Origin: a virus
Lineage: Duplodnaviria; Caudoviricetes
Length of the DNA stretch: 37,241 nucleotides
IMG/VR virus record: IMGVR_UViG_3300040734_000110
Span: 1 to 37,241 of that record
Strand: one strand, 5' to 3'
Both the position numbers and the translations under genes were made by a program. Below the pieces are notes generated by a model. That model saw nothing but the letters and a program-made list of their open reading frames with translations. It did not search any database and was not told the DNA's origin. The first letter of the stretch is position 1; each line of letters opens with the position of its first letter. Below, piece after piece: positions 26,206-36,397 of the stretch.

Positions 26206-27009
26206 ATGGGAAAAATCGAAGGGTCACTCGGCCCGTTATCCAACGCCGGTACTCCTGGAAATGGAACCAATGAGGTTCAGACCCTGACCATTGGCGGAAC
26301 CCCCAACGGCGGAACCTTCAAACTCACCTTTGATGGTTATACCACAGCTGCCATCACCTGGAGCGCCACCAACAACACCCTGGTAGCGAACATTCAAACC
26401 GCGCTGAGGGCATTAGCCAATATCGGAGCGACCGGGGTAACAGTGGCTGCCGGCAGTTTATCGAGTGGGATCGGTACGATCACCATCACATTCGGTGGAA
26501 ATCTGGCAAAGATGGTGGTCCCAACAATCACCGTTGCCCTGAACAGTCTGACTGGGTCATCCCCGACTTTGGCAGTGGCAGAAACCACACCAGGTGTCAA
26601 TGCGACTGAACGGGGAGCTGCCAAGGGTGCGCTTCTGATCGACACAACCAATGCCGTTCTATACATTAACACCGGCACCGCTCTCGAACCAACCTGGACC
26701 GAGGTAGGTGTGATCACATCCGCGGAAGTGGTAGCGGCCATGATCGGAACAGATGCCGTTACCGGTCCCAAACTGGCCAGCACTGCACTTACTCAGCTTG
26801 TTTGTTCAGGCAATAACGGCGCAGGGGCCTGCACTCTGACCGGCGCGAAGGTGGGTGATAAAGTGATCGGCGTGATCAACCTTACCGATGCGGCTGATGT
26901 AAAAGCATCATACGAAAGCACCATCACAGTAGCCGATCAAATCCAGCAAACAAGTGCCACCGATCTGTCTCTGAAGAAGATGGCGGTCACTTTGGTCGTC
27001 AAGAGTTAA
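26206..27009 (+). CDS. Putative capsid decoration/fibre protein
   Basis: Thr/Gly/Ala-rich beta protein (NEVQTLTI..GGTFKLTF) directly after the capsid gene. Confidence 0.6.
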   Translation: MGKIEGSLGPLSNAGTPGNGTNEVQTLTIGGTPNGGTFKLTFDGYTTAAITWSATNNTLVANIQTALRALANIGATGVTVAAGSLSSGIGTITITFGGNLAKMVVPTITVALNSLTGSSPTLAVAETTPGVNATERGAAKGALLIDTTNAVLYINTGTALEPTWTEVGVITSAEVVAAMIGTDAVTGPKLASTALTQLVCSGNNGAGACTLTGAKVGDKVIGVINLTDAADVKASYESTITVADQIQQTSATDLSLKKMAVTLVVKS

Positions 27010-27015
27010 CCATTC

Positions 27016-27040
27016 GGTGAGCGGCTGATCACCGCTCACC
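27016..27040 (+). other. Intergenic hairpin
   Basis: GGTGAGCGG-CTGATCA-CCGCTCACC. Confidence 0.5.
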
Positions 27041-27057
27041 CGATATTGAGGTGATGT

Positions 27058-27291
27058 ATGAGACAGAACAGATTACCTATGAAAGTGGATAAAACCAACC
27101 TGGTTAAGATCAGGGTTTTACCTGGTCATGGAATTGGCGGGGTTGGATATCAGAACCAAGAAGTATCACTTAATCCAACTGAAGCAGCTCATTGGGTGAA
27201 TGAAGGTTATGCCGTTTATGTCGATCCGGAAGAAACGGCTGTTGTTGAACCGACTACCCAAGAGCCGGAAAATCCTGAAAGCGAGGACTAA
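27058..27291 (+). CDS. Small head-associated hypothetical protein
   Basis: GAGGTG SD; position in the head module. Confidence 0.55.
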   Translation: MRQNRLPMKVDKTNLVKIRVLPGHGIGGVGYQNQEVSLNPTEAAHWVNEGYAVYVDPEETAVVEPTTQEPENPESED

Positions 27292-27800
27292 TGACCAGCC
27301 TGGTATCCCCAGATCAAGTCCGCTTGACCGTAAAAACCGACCTCACAGATGATCAGCTCCAAATGGTCATAGACCAGGTTGAAAGTGAAATCACCAGCCG
27401 GATTGGTGCGCCACAGGATGATCAAGGCTCGGTGCAAATTGTGATCACAAAATACGGCGAGGGAAACCTGATGTTCTTTACAACCGAGATTGCTTCAGTG
27501 ATCAGCATCGTTGAAGACGATAGGACTTTATCTGTGGATGAATACAGGGTCTGGCCTGGTGGTCAGATCCAGCGCCTTCCGGAGGATTGGAACTGGGGAA
27601 CCGAGGTTGTGACTACCTATTGTCCGGCAGACGATCGGCCGAAGCGTACACAAGTCATCATCGACCTGGTACGGATCTACATCGACCGGACTGCCCTTCA
27701 GCATGAAAGTATCGCCGGCGAGTACGCTTACGACGCGCCTCAAAGCTGGGAAGAGGAAATCCGGAAGATCATGCGTCGATTAACTTTCGTAACAGTATAA
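27291..27800 (+). CDS. Head-tail adaptor
   Basis: Position, size, ESIAGEYAY motif. Confidence 0.7.
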   Translation: MTSLVSPDQVRLTVKTDLTDDQLQMVIDQVESEITSRIGAPQDDQGSVQIVITKYGEGNLMFFTTEIASVISIVEDDRTLSVDEYRVWPGGQIQRLPEDWNWGTEVVTTYCPADDRPKRTQVIIDLVRIYIDRTALQHESIAGEYAYDAPQSWEEEIRKIMRRLTFVTV

Positions 27801-27810
27801 GGAGGTTCAT

Positions 27811-28143
27811 ATGGCACGCAGTGCATTAACAGCGCAAACCATTTCCCGAGCGGGAGTAAAGCCGAGTTATACGGCTGTGAACTCAGACGGTAATTATTTT
27901 GCCAATAATGGCCGTGAGTTTTTACACGTTAAAAACGGTTCCGGGTCGTCGATCAACGCGACCGTGCAAACACCTGGCACAGTAGATGGTCTGGGTATAT
28001 CCGACTTGATCGTGGCAGTTCCGGCTGGAGAAGAACGCATGATCGGGCCGTTCCCTTCGGGCGTCTATAACCAGACCGACGGCACAACCTATGTCGATTG
28101 GTCAGCCGCTACCAGCGTCACTGCAGCGGTTCTGTTGTTATGA
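27811..28143 (+). CDS. Small virion structural protein
   Basis: AAGGAGG SD; beta-rich sequence in the neck module. Confidence 0.65.
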   Translation: MARSALTAQTISRAGVKPSYTAVNSDGNYFANNGREFLHVKNGSGSSINATVQTPGTVDGLGISDLIVAVPAGEERMIGPFPSGVYNQTDGTTYVDWSAATSVTAAVLLL

Positions 28144-28496
28144 GCTTCGGCAGCTTTCTGATCCACACCTGCAGAATCGAGCGGTCTTACCAGACCACTA
28201 CAAACGCGCATGGACTGGGAGACAAGCGGGGAAATGTGGTCAGCGAGGATCAACGATGCCGCCTGGTAGTGAAGTCAGAGCGGATCAACCGCTCTGAGCT
28301 AGCTGAGGGAATGACCATTACAACCTATTCACTTCTCCTACCTTCAAGTGTGGATATCCAGGATAAAGACAGGATCACGAGAATTGTGCTGGAAGACGGT
28401 ACAGAAAACCCTGGATCATTCGTTGTCGAAGCCATCCTTCCCCGGCGAGGTAAAACTGTCAGGCATATATCAGTTGAGCTGAAGAGGATCAAATGA
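28140..28496 (+). CDS. Head closure (stopper) protein
   Basis: ATG 28140 overlaps the upstream stop; DIQDKDRI motif; position. Confidence 0.65.
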   Translation: MSFGSFLIHTCRIERSYQTTTNAHGLGDKRGNVVSEDQRCRLVVKSERINRSELAEGMTITTYSLLLPSSVDIQDKDRITRIVLEDGTENPGSFVVEAILPRRGKTVRHISVELKRIK

Positions 28497-28915
28497 GCCG
28501 AACTACCTTTAGGTTGAATTGGAGAGGCGACCAGGTTGTAGAAGCCGTGAAGAACAATGTAAGCCAGGCATTGGTCGTGTTCGGGTTAACAGCTGAAGGA
28601 TATGCCAAAAAAGAATTGCAGAAAGGACATGGCGTGGTAACCGGAACCGCCCGAAGATCGATCCACCTGGCAGAACCCGGATACAACTGGCGCGGCGACG
28701 ATGTTGTCCCATCGAAGTCATCACCCAACCGCGGTGGTCAGATGGTCAGCATTTCCGGATTACGGCTGCAGATCGGCAGTGGTTTGTGCTATGCATTGGC
28801 TCTACATCAAGGGCATGGCGGTTTCCCTGGATATCACTTTCTGACGATCGGTGTGAGACATGCAAAACCTCAAATGCCGCAGATCTTATTGCGGTATCAA
28901 TTACGGAGGCGGTGA
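28493..28915 (+). CDS. HK97 gp10-like tail completion protein
   Basis: VVTGTARRSI motif. Confidence 0.7.
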   Translation: MSRTTFRLNWRGDQVVEAVKNNVSQALVVFGLTAEGYAKKELQKGHGVVTGTARRSIHLAEPGYNWRGDDVVPSKSSPNRGGQMVSISGLRLQIGSGLCYALALHQGHGGFPGYHFLTIGVRHAKPQMPQILLRYQLRRR

Positions 28916-29331
28916 TGGTCGATCCTCTCGAAGTTGTGATTGCCTACGTAAAAACCAAACTATCCTCATCTGTCGGAGACCGGGTAGCATCCAAACAGCG
29001 TTTCAACGAAGCATGGGAAGTCGATCAGTCGGCTCTCCGGATCCGGCAGGACGGCGGAAACCCCGACCTTTATTCACAGGTGAGCAATATTCGGGTAGAG
29101 GTTAGTATGTATGGAAAAGATACACCCACGATCAGCCGGTTATGGGGTGAGCTGGTAGCACTGACCAGGCAGGATACGCGTGACCCGGTGGTGATCACCG
29201 ACGGATCCACGGCATTATTGTTATCGTTCAACCAGGATTCTGGTCTGTCGTTTCTATTTGATGAGGATCTCTCATCAGACTATGGGATGGCCTTCTTTTC
29301 GGCCATCGTTGCAGAAGAAGAGGTTTTATGA
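28915..29331 (+). CDS. Tail terminator-like protein
   Basis: GGAGG SD before ATG 28915; position before the tail tube gene. Confidence 0.6.
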   Translation: MVDPLEVVIAYVKTKLSSSVGDRVASKQRFNEAWEVDQSALRIRQDGGNPDLYSQVSNIRVEVSMYGKDTPTISRLWGELVALTRQDTRDPVVITDGSTALLLSFNQDSGLSFLFDEDLSSDYGMAFFSAIVAEEEVL

Positions 29332-29528
29332 AGAATCCACCTGAAAATAAGAATGAAATCCCTCAAGAGGCCGAGAATGCATTCGCCGATATCGGCACAG
29401 TAAAAATCCGGATGAAGCCAGGCTTCGCGCTTGAAGGACAGGCAAAGCCCGGAGAAGTCGTTGAAGTGACTGCCAGACTGGCAGATTACCTTATCAAAAT
29501 TGGTTATGCAACCAAGGAGGAAGAATGA
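29328..29528 (+). CDS. Small hypothetical protein
   Basis: PGEVVEV...ADYLIKIGYA; ATGA overlaps. Confidence 0.6.
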   Translation: MKNPPENKNEIPQEAENAFADIGTVKIRMKPGFALEGQAKPGEVVEVTARLADYLIKIGYATKEEE

Positions 29529-30109
29529 CAAACAACACCCCTTATGAACTGCTAGTTGGCGTAGGAACCCTGTATATTGCCGCTGCCGGTGTGGCAATGC
29601 CAGCGGTCAATGAGACACCCAACGCTGCCTATTGGTCAACCCCAGGTAACACCGAAGGCGGCGTCAAAGTAAACCTGACAAAAAGCCTCGAATATTTCCG
29701 GGATGATCAGAGCAAGGGACCCCGCAAGGCAGTGATCACCGAGGTGGGTTTGGAAATCGAGACCGGTTTAGTCTCCAATACATTGGAGAACATTGGCAAG
29801 CTGCTGGGTCTTACCGTGACCGATACTCCACCCGCATCCGGAACGATCGGGACCCGGAAAGTGGGATTGCACCCGGGTGAAGTAACCGAGTATGCGTTCT
29901 TATTCCGAGGCACATCTGCTTATGGCGATTTCCCGGCGCAGTACTACGTCCCTCGTGGGGTTTTCGATGACGACCTCGAAATCGAACACACAAAAGATGA
30001 CAAGTCAGTATTACCTCTCAAGCTTGTTGCATTGGAAAACCCCCTGGCGGCCAGTGATGATGAAAAGTTCGGGATCTATACCATGCAAGACGCGGCAGCG
30101 TTACCGTAG
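29525..30109 (+). CDS. Major tail tube protein
   Basis: GVGTLYIA...GNTEGGV; size and position. Confidence 0.8.
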   Translation: MTNNTPYELLVGVGTLYIAAAGVAMPAVNETPNAAYWSTPGNTEGGVKVNLTKSLEYFRDDQSKGPRKAVITEVGLEIETGLVSNTLENIGKLLGLTVTDTPPASGTIGTRKVGLHPGEVTEYAFLFRGTSAYGDFPAQYYVPRGVFDDDLEIEHTKDDKSVLPLKLVALENPLAASDDEKFGIYTMQDAAALP

Positions 30110-30119
30110 GAGGTGATGG

Positions 30120-30527
30120 ATGGCAACGAAAAACACCAGTAATCCCAAACCATCAAACGTGCTTGACCTGGATGAATTATTCGGTCAAGCCAGGTCGATC
30201 ACCATCAAATGGCAAGGCGAGGAATATCAGTTACAGCGGATGGAAGGATGCAGCCCAAAAGAAGCTGTGAAGTTTATGCAGCTCCAAAAGAAGGCGAATA
30301 AGCTGAAGAATCTCTCCCCCGAATCTGTAACCGATGTCCAGGCCGATCAAATGACACAAGTGATCGACGACATGCTGCTTTTGGTCTGCCCGAACTTTCC
30401 AACCGCCAGTATGTCATTCCCGATAAAAATGCGGGCGATCAATTTCTACCTGGAGCAAACCCAAGGAAAAAAATTCGTGGAGGCGACGCTTCAAAAACGG
30501 ATTGGGGCGAAGCCTTCAGCAGGGTAA
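30120..30527 (+). CDS. Tail assembly chaperone (gpG-like)
   Basis: Between tail tube and tape measure genes; contains slippery GGA AAA AAA. Confidence 0.85.
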   Translation: MATKNTSNPKPSNVLDLDELFGQARSITIKWQGEEYQLQRMEGCSPKEAVKFMQLQKKANKLKNLSPESVTDVQADQMTQVIDDMLLLVCPNFPTASMSFPIKMRAINFYLEQTQGKKFVEATLQKRIGAKPSAG

Positions 30528-30793
30528 GTTTTTGGTACAACCTCGGCTTCATTGATATAGCGAATATGCCAATCAGCGCTTTACAGGCGTATGAACGCCA
30601 GCTCCCGAAACGGATCGCCGAGTTTAAGCTGAACCTGGCCGAGATTGTATCCCTGACAAATATGAGGAAGAGTGACCGGCAATCTACCCTGCGACGATGG
30701 CAGAGGGATTGCGGCCAGGAAGAAACCGCAATAAAAGCGCCATTGGGAATGTTGGCAAAGCTCGGTATTGGAGTGAGACATGGGAACAAGTGA
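30120..30793 (+). CDS. Tail assembly chaperone gpGT-like fusion via -1 frameshift at 30467-30473
   Basis: The -1 frame is open from the A7 run (IRGGDASKTDWGEAFSRVSFWY...) into ORF 30566..30793. Confidence 0.85.
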
Positions 30794-32936
30794 CAGCAGC
30801 CTGGGTGAGGCTGTACTAGAACTAGGAGCTGATGACAGCCAATTGAACAGTGACTTAGAGGGTGCCAGGGCAAGAGTGGTGGGCACCCTCTCAATGTTAT
30901 CTTCAATCGGAGGAGCAATATTAACGGGATTGCTCACCATGATCGCATCAGTATCCGTTGCGATCGGGTTGGCAATATTTAATGCCGGAACAACACTCGA
31001 TGCTGCTTATGACAACATAGCTGTCAGAACCGGATCCACCGGCGAGCAACTCAACTCTCTCCAAGATGATTTCAATGCTGTTTTTTCAAGCGTACCAACT
31101 GATGCAACAACGGCCTCTAATGTTGTCAGTCTATTAAATTCCCGTCTGGGTGTCACAGGTGAATCCCTTCAAGGAATCGCTATTCCTTTGCTTGAGGTTA
31201 GCCGTATCACTGGCGGAGATGCAACCACTAATACCGAACTATTTACCTGGGTAATGGGTGACTGGAGCGTCTCGAATGAAGATGCTACCGGTACTCTAGA
31301 TATGTTGTTTACCGCATCCCAGGAAACCGGTGTCGGGATGGATCAATTAATGACCCAGATCGTGCAATATGGCGCTCCCATGCGCGAGTTTGGGTTCAGT
31401 ATTGAAGACTCAGTCGCCTTATTTGCCAGGTGGGAACAACAGGGTGTCAACACAGAAACCGTCATGAGCGGCATGCGCATTGCCGCCAGCAATTTCGCTT
31501 CTGCCAATGTTCCATTACGGGAAGGGCTATTAAGTACATTTGAAGCCATCCAAAATGCGGCAAGTGAACAAGAAGCTCTAAACCTTGGAATGGAAACCTT
31601 CGGTGCCAGGGCGGGACCTGACATGGTGGCTGCCATCCGTGAAGGTCGATTTGAGATTGATGACCTCGTGGATGCTTTGGCGGATTCTCAAAATGCGATC
31701 ATGGACACCAGTGCTGCCACCATGGATTGGGGCGAGCAATGGACGATCTTCCAAAACCGAATGACCGTAGCCTTGGGACCTGCAGGCCAATCTGTCATGT
31801 CGGCAGCCAGTTCCATTATGGATGCTATAGCCTCGGCTTTCGAGCGTCCGGATGTTCAAGCGGCGATTTCTTCAGTGTCAGAATGGATCGGTAATCTGGC
31901 AAGCCGGATAGCTGAAGCCATGCCAGGCATCATTGATAATATCTTTGGCTTTTTTGATTGGCTGCGAAACAACCGCGGAGTGGTTGTGGCTGTATTAGCT
32001 GCCATGGGTGTTGCGATCGGTGCTTTTCTGTATTCATCGGCCGCAGCTGCCATCACGGCAGCCGGCGGTTTTGGTGTGCTATGGGCTGCTGTATGGCCAG
32101 TATTAGCCGTGATGGCTGCTGTGGCAGCTATCGCTTACCTGGTTTATGAAGCCTGGACAAACAATTGGGGCGGGATTCGGGATACATTGACATCATGGTG
32201 GGCAGCCGCCCAGGTCATTTTCACAAACATCATCACCTGGTTCCAGGTCAATATTCCGTTAGCCATTCAAACTGTCACCGGTTGGTGGAATTCGCTTATA
32301 TCAGCCATGCAAGCTGTGCAGTTGTTTATTCAAACTTACATCGTTCCTGTTTTTACAGCCTTAGGTCTTTTGCTGAGCGGTGATATTGGTGGTGCCATAG
32401 CGGTCTTGGCCGGTTATTGGAACGACATATTGCTCCCAGCCATTCAAGCTGTGATAGCGGCCATCTCTGAAAGATTGCAGCCCATCTTCCAGGCTATTGC
32501 CGATTTTATCGACCAATATGTATCACCGATATTCCGCACTTTTGGAGGATGGATTTCTGATCACCTTGTACCCGCCTTCCAGGCTGTAGCGAACGTGATC
32601 CAGGACATCATCGATTGGCTGGACAGGATCGGGGAGGCGATTGCAAATATTGATTGGGGCATCCTAGAACCAGGTTCTCCCACACCATTTGAGTGGGGTT
32701 TGCGCGGGATCCGGAAACAATTAGTTCGTTTGAATAAAATGGATCTGCCCTCATTGGCCACCAATCTATCGCTGGTCCCTGATCAAACCACACTCGGTGC
32801 GATTGCCGGATCAGGTTCTTCACAAGCCTCCAACAGCCGGTCGTGGCAATTTACGAATTACGTTACAAACGCAGGTGTAGATGCTGACGAGTTGGCCCGC
32901 ATCAACCGGCGTGAGGAGCTGCTCTATGGAATATAG
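30780..32936 (+). CDS. Tape measure protein
   Basis: 718 aa, Ala/Gly-rich helical, Trp/Phe-periodic repeats, PGSP motif near the C-terminus. Confidence 0.92.
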   Translation: MGTSDSSLGEAVLELGADDSQLNSDLEGARARVVGTLSMLSSIGGAILTGLLTMIASVSVAIGLAIFNAGTTLDAAYDNIAVRTGSTGEQLNSLQDDFNAVFSSVPTDATTASNVVSLLNSRLGVTGESLQGIAIPLLEVSRITGGDATTNTELFTWVMGDWSVSNEDATGTLDMLFTASQETGVGMDQLMTQIVQYGAPMREFGFSIEDSVALFARWEQQGVNTETVMSGMRIAASNFASANVPLREGLLSTFEAIQNAASEQEALNLGMETFGARAGPDMVAAIREGRFEIDDLVDALADSQNAIMDTSAATMDWGEQWTIFQNRMTVALGPAGQSVMSAASSIMDAIASAFERPDVQAAISSVSEWIGNLASRIAEAMPGIIDNIFGFFDWLRNNRGVVVAVLAAMGVAIGAFLYSSAAAAITAAGGFGVLWAAVWPVLAVMAAVAAIAYLVYEAWTNNWGGIRDTLTSWWAAAQVIFTNIITWFQVNIPLAIQTVTGWWNSLISAMQAVQLFIQTYIVPVFTALGLLLSGDIGGAIAVLAGYWNDILLPAIQAVIAAISERLQPIFQAIADFIDQYVSPIFRTFGGWISDHLVPAFQAVANVIQDIIDWLDRIGEAIANIDWGILEPGSPTPFEWGLRGIRKQLVRLNKMDLPSLATNLSLVPDQTTLGAIAGSGSSQASNSRSWQFTNYVTNAGVDADELARINRREELLYGI

Positions 32937-33777
32937 GTACACTGTCGGGAGCCAGACTGTGTGTCTCAACGATTATGGGATCCCCCTGCCAGGCAGGACT
33001 GGTGAGCTGGCCCCTTTAATTACCCTCGAAACCCAACGGCTAGGATCAACCCTCGTGTCATCCATGTATCGCTTAGAAAAAAGAGCGTTGGATGTGCCAT
33101 TTTTATTCGAAGGCGATGACCCGAATTTATCAGGCGCTTCATCGGTGGACTTAAGCTCGAAAGTAAAAACCATGCTGGATGTCTTGGTGTTAGGTAATGG
33201 AATTCTCTCCATAAAACGCGCAGATGGAGTAACCCGAAATCTGCAGCGATGTTATTTTTCGGGTGGTATGGGTGAGCAAAACTATCCGGACAGGCATATG
33301 AAGACCGTTTTGTCTTTTGTAGCCCTGGATCCATTTTTCTATGATCAGGATCCACAGGAGGTCACATTTACTTCCGGATCAGTTCCGACACGCCTGTTCT
33401 TTCCAGTTCCCCCGTTGATCCTGGCACCCAGTGCCGTATTTTCAGAACAAACCATCACCAATCCAGGAGTGCAGACCTGGCCAGTATGGACAATCACAGG
33501 GCCCGGAGATTCAATTTCGCTGATCAACAACACATCAGACCGGCGTTTCATGTGGTCTGGAACATTATTGGAGGATGATGTCCTTGTGATCGATACCATA
33601 CCGCTTTATAAGACTGTGCGCCTCAATGGGAGCAATTCCTGGGATCAGGTGCCGGTTGGATATGAGGATCTCTGGCCTCTGGATGCCGGGGCAAACAATG
33701 TCATGGTGACCATCGCAAACTCAACTGCAGCCACGACAGCCACCTGCGAATATTACCCGAGGTATAACAGTCTATGA
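32926..33777 (+). CDS. Distal tail protein (Dit)
   Basis: FVALDPFFY, NPG..TWP..TITGP, L..GAN; GAGGAG SD before ATG 32926. Confidence 0.85.
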   Translation: MEYRYTVGSQTVCLNDYGIPLPGRTGELAPLITLETQRLGSTLVSSMYRLEKRALDVPFLFEGDDPNLSGASSVDLSSKVKTMLDVLVLGNGILSIKRADGVTRNLQRCYFSGGMGEQNYPDRHMKTVLSFVALDPFFYDQDPQEVTFTSGSVPTRLFFPVPPLILAPSAVFSEQTITNPGVQTWPVWTITGPGDSISLINNTSDRRFMWSGTLLEDDVLVIDTIPLYKTVRLNGSNSWDQVPVGYEDLWPLDAGANNVMVTIANSTAATTATCEYYPRYNSL

Positions 33778-34877
33778 ATCCGACATATTTTGCTCTTGAC
33801 AATGATCACAAAAGTTTGGGGGTGTTTGATGCTTTTTCCAAGGTCGAGTTTGTGCCCGCTTATAATGTGGCGCGCGGATGGTTGGCAGAGATGGATCTCG
33901 ATTCTGATCAGGCGGAGATGATGTTGAATGCATTTTATCTAAAAGCCATATCGGAAAGCGGGGTTGATTTATGGACAGGTACGATCGACAAGGGTCATAT
34001 CGTTGGCAATACGAACACCCTTCAACTATCCGGGGTTGATGAAACGGGAAGACTTAATTCCCGGCAGATCCTTCCTGTGCCATCGGGACCGCCATATACA
34101 GCCGAGGAATACTATTCCTTAACAGATACAGCAGAGAATGTCATCAAAACATTAGTGGATGTTAATGCAGGCCCCTCTGCAAAAGCTGACAGGATCCTCC
34201 CGGGATTGTCGATCGAAGCCAATTATGGACGGGGCGGATCATATTCAGCGAAAGCCCGGTTTGACAAATTGGGGGATTTTATTTTTGACATCGGCTTAGC
34301 CAAGGGGTTGTGGGTAAGGGTGGTAAACGGCATATTACGCATCGATTTGCCATCAGATAAGAGCAATCTTGTCCGAATATCTGATCAGACAGACACACTG
34401 GGTGATTATGAGTTTGAATTTGGCCGGCCCTCAGCCAATTACGTTTATGGAGCTGGAACCGGTACTGGCACAAGCCAGGCGATCTATGAACGCGGCGATG
34501 GCGACAGCATCACCCAATACGGACGGTATGAGTCCCTCCTGAATATCGGACGGACTGCGGTTGAAGGCGAAATTGCCGATGCCATCGACGCTGAGCTTGA
34601 AAAGAAAAAGGCAGTGGCTTGGTTTTCATTTACGGTCAATGATCTGCCTGACAGGATTTTAGGTAAAGATTATTGGGTAGGTGATGTGGTGGCTGTCATG
34701 GTCCGCAACCGATATTTCACCACACGCGTTTCGGAGGTAGCCGTAACAAGCACACCGGATGGAACAGCGATGAAACCTGTATTTGTCAATTCAGGAAGTT
34801 ATGCCATTTCACGGTCATCTTATTACGACCGGGTGAAATCAGTAGAATCTCGATTAGAACGGTTGGAGGCAAAATGA
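33774..34877 (+). CDS. Siphovirus baseplate hub (Gp37-like/Tal)
   Basis: YGRYE, DYWVGDVV; follows Dit. Confidence 0.75.
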   Translation: MNPTYFALDNDHKSLGVFDAFSKVEFVPAYNVARGWLAEMDLDSDQAEMMLNAFYLKAISESGVDLWTGTIDKGHIVGNTNTLQLSGVDETGRLNSRQILPVPSGPPYTAEEYYSLTDTAENVIKTLVDVNAGPSAKADRILPGLSIEANYGRGGSYSAKARFDKLGDFIFDIGLAKGLWVRVVNGILRIDLPSDKSNLVRISDQTDTLGDYEFEFGRPSANYVYGAGTGTGTSQAIYERGDGDSITQYGRYESLLNIGRTAVEGEIADAIDAELEKKKAVAWFSFTVNDLPDRILGKDYWVGDVVAVMVRNRYFTTRVSEVAVTSTPDGTAMKPVFVNSGSYAISRSSYYDRVKSVESRLERLEAK

Positions 34878-35710
34878 CAACAGTATTAACCAGTTTCCCT
34901 TGGGACACTAATCCGATCACAGACACTGCCACCTGGCGAAAGTACATCCGCCAGGCGATTGGATCAGGCGTGGTCAAAGAATATCCTACCGATCCGGATA
35001 AACTCAACGAATTTGAAGTATATGCGGATTCGACCGGTATGCAGGTGAAAGTAAAAAGTGGAATTGCAGTGATCAGAGGGATTTATGCGCCAAATTCAGC
35101 CGTTGTGACCGAGGCTATTCAAGCAGCTCACGCCACATATGACCGCATAGATATTGTTGCGCTCATGCTGAGCACTGTATCCGGAGAGGTATCGATCACA
35201 GTCGTGACTGGCACTCCAGCCTCCAGCCCAGTGGCTCCGACCTTGACCAATACCAGCAGCGTTTGGTACATCAAATTGGCGCAAGTAGCTATTGGCCATG
35301 GTGTTACAACCATCACAGCTGGGAATGTGACTGATAAGCGAGAATGGAGAACAGACAATCTTTTTGGAATTCCGTTGTTAATTGGAAATGGACTTAGCAC
35401 GATCACCACAGGATCTAAAGGTTATATTCCTGTGACAGTCGACTGCACCATGATCGGGTGGAGTGTGTTTGGGAATGCCAGTGGATCGATTGTTGTAGAT
35501 GTCAAACGGGCAACTTATGATGGTTTTCCCACCACTGCATCCATCTGCGGTTCAGGTGAAAAACCGACCTTATCAAGTGCTCAAAAAGCCAGGAACTTGG
35601 CATTGACCACTCAACCCGAATTGCTGTTGGGAGATGTGTTGGAGCCATATGTCGATTCGGTGGCAACTGTGATGCAGGTAACAGTGACTCTTTTGTGCGT
35701 TAAGAAGTGA
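34874..35710 (+). CDS. Minor tail/baseplate protein
   Basis: GMQVKVKSG, RIDIV, VTDKR motifs. Confidence 0.7.
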   Translation: MTTVLTSFPWDTNPITDTATWRKYIRQAIGSGVVKEYPTDPDKLNEFEVYADSTGMQVKVKSGIAVIRGIYAPNSAVVTEAIQAAHATYDRIDIVALMLSTVSGEVSITVVTGTPASSPVAPTLTNTSSVWYIKLAQVAIGHGVTTITAGNVTDKREWRTDNLFGIPLLIGNGLSTITTGSKGYIPVTVDCTMIGWSVFGNASGSIVVDVKRATYDGFPTTASICGSGEKPTLSSAQKARNLALTTQPELLLGDVLEPYVDSVATVMQVTVTLLCVKK

Positions 35711-35716
35711 GAAAAA

Positions 35717-36364
35717 ATGGGTGTAGCGTCATTAGGAGCCACGAAAAATTATCAAGCGGGTAGCGCAACCAACTCTATGTCGGTTACTAAACTAACCAAC
35801 GCGAACTGCTATGTAATACACGCAACCAATGAAAGTTCCTCTGGCATTTATGCAACATCAGTAAAGATAGGTGCACTAGATGCAATAAAACTTCTTGGAT
35901 TAACAACCCCTACCAATGCAGGTCGAAATGAGGTTTGGATCTATCTTGGAAGTATTCCTGATGGGGACAGTTTGGCTACCGTCAACTGGTCGGGGTCATG
36001 CACATCAGTATTAGCAGTTTCACAATTTTCTGGAGTTAACAGCTATAGCACAGGAACATCAAATACTGGATCAAGCGGAACCGAATCTGTTTCACTTACC
36101 GGACTGCTTATCAATGATGGCCTAATCTTCGATGCTCATCACAATTACAATCCTTATGGAGTAACGCCAGGATCCGGACAAACCGAACTTTATGAGCATT
36201 ATCAAACCTATCAGACCTGCCAAGGATCAATTAAAACAAAATCTGGCTCCAGTGAGACAATGTCAAATACAATGACCTCATCCAATTGGAGCAGTATTGG
36301 TTTTGCTCTTTATGATGTACCACCGGGCAGGACCCTGCAGGTACCAGCTTATATGGGGCTTTAA
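35717..36364 (+). CDS. Putative receptor-binding/tail tip protein
   Basis: Ser/Thr/Gly-rich beta protein, last tail gene. Confidence 0.55.
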   Translation: MGVASLGATKNYQAGSATNSMSVTKLTNANCYVIHATNESSSGIYATSVKIGALDAIKLLGLTTPTNAGRNEVWIYLGSIPDGDSLATVNWSGSCTSVLAVSQFSGVNSYSTGTSNTGSSGTESVSLTGLLINDGLIFDAHHNYNPYGVTPGSGQTELYEHYQTYQTCQGSIKTKSGSSETMSNTMTSSNWSSIGFALYDVPPGRTLQVPAYMGL

Positions 36365-36397
36365 TTTCAAAGTGTTACAAGAGGTTTTCGATATTAA

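Noticed and set aside
20451-35409. Many short antisense and off-frame ORFs within structural genes
   Set aside because: Shadow ORFs of long genes, with no recognisable motifs
33774-36364. Diversity-generating retroelement or invertible tail-fibre cassette
   Set aside because: No reverse transcriptase, no TR/VR pair, and no inverted tail gene copies or flanking crossover repeats seen
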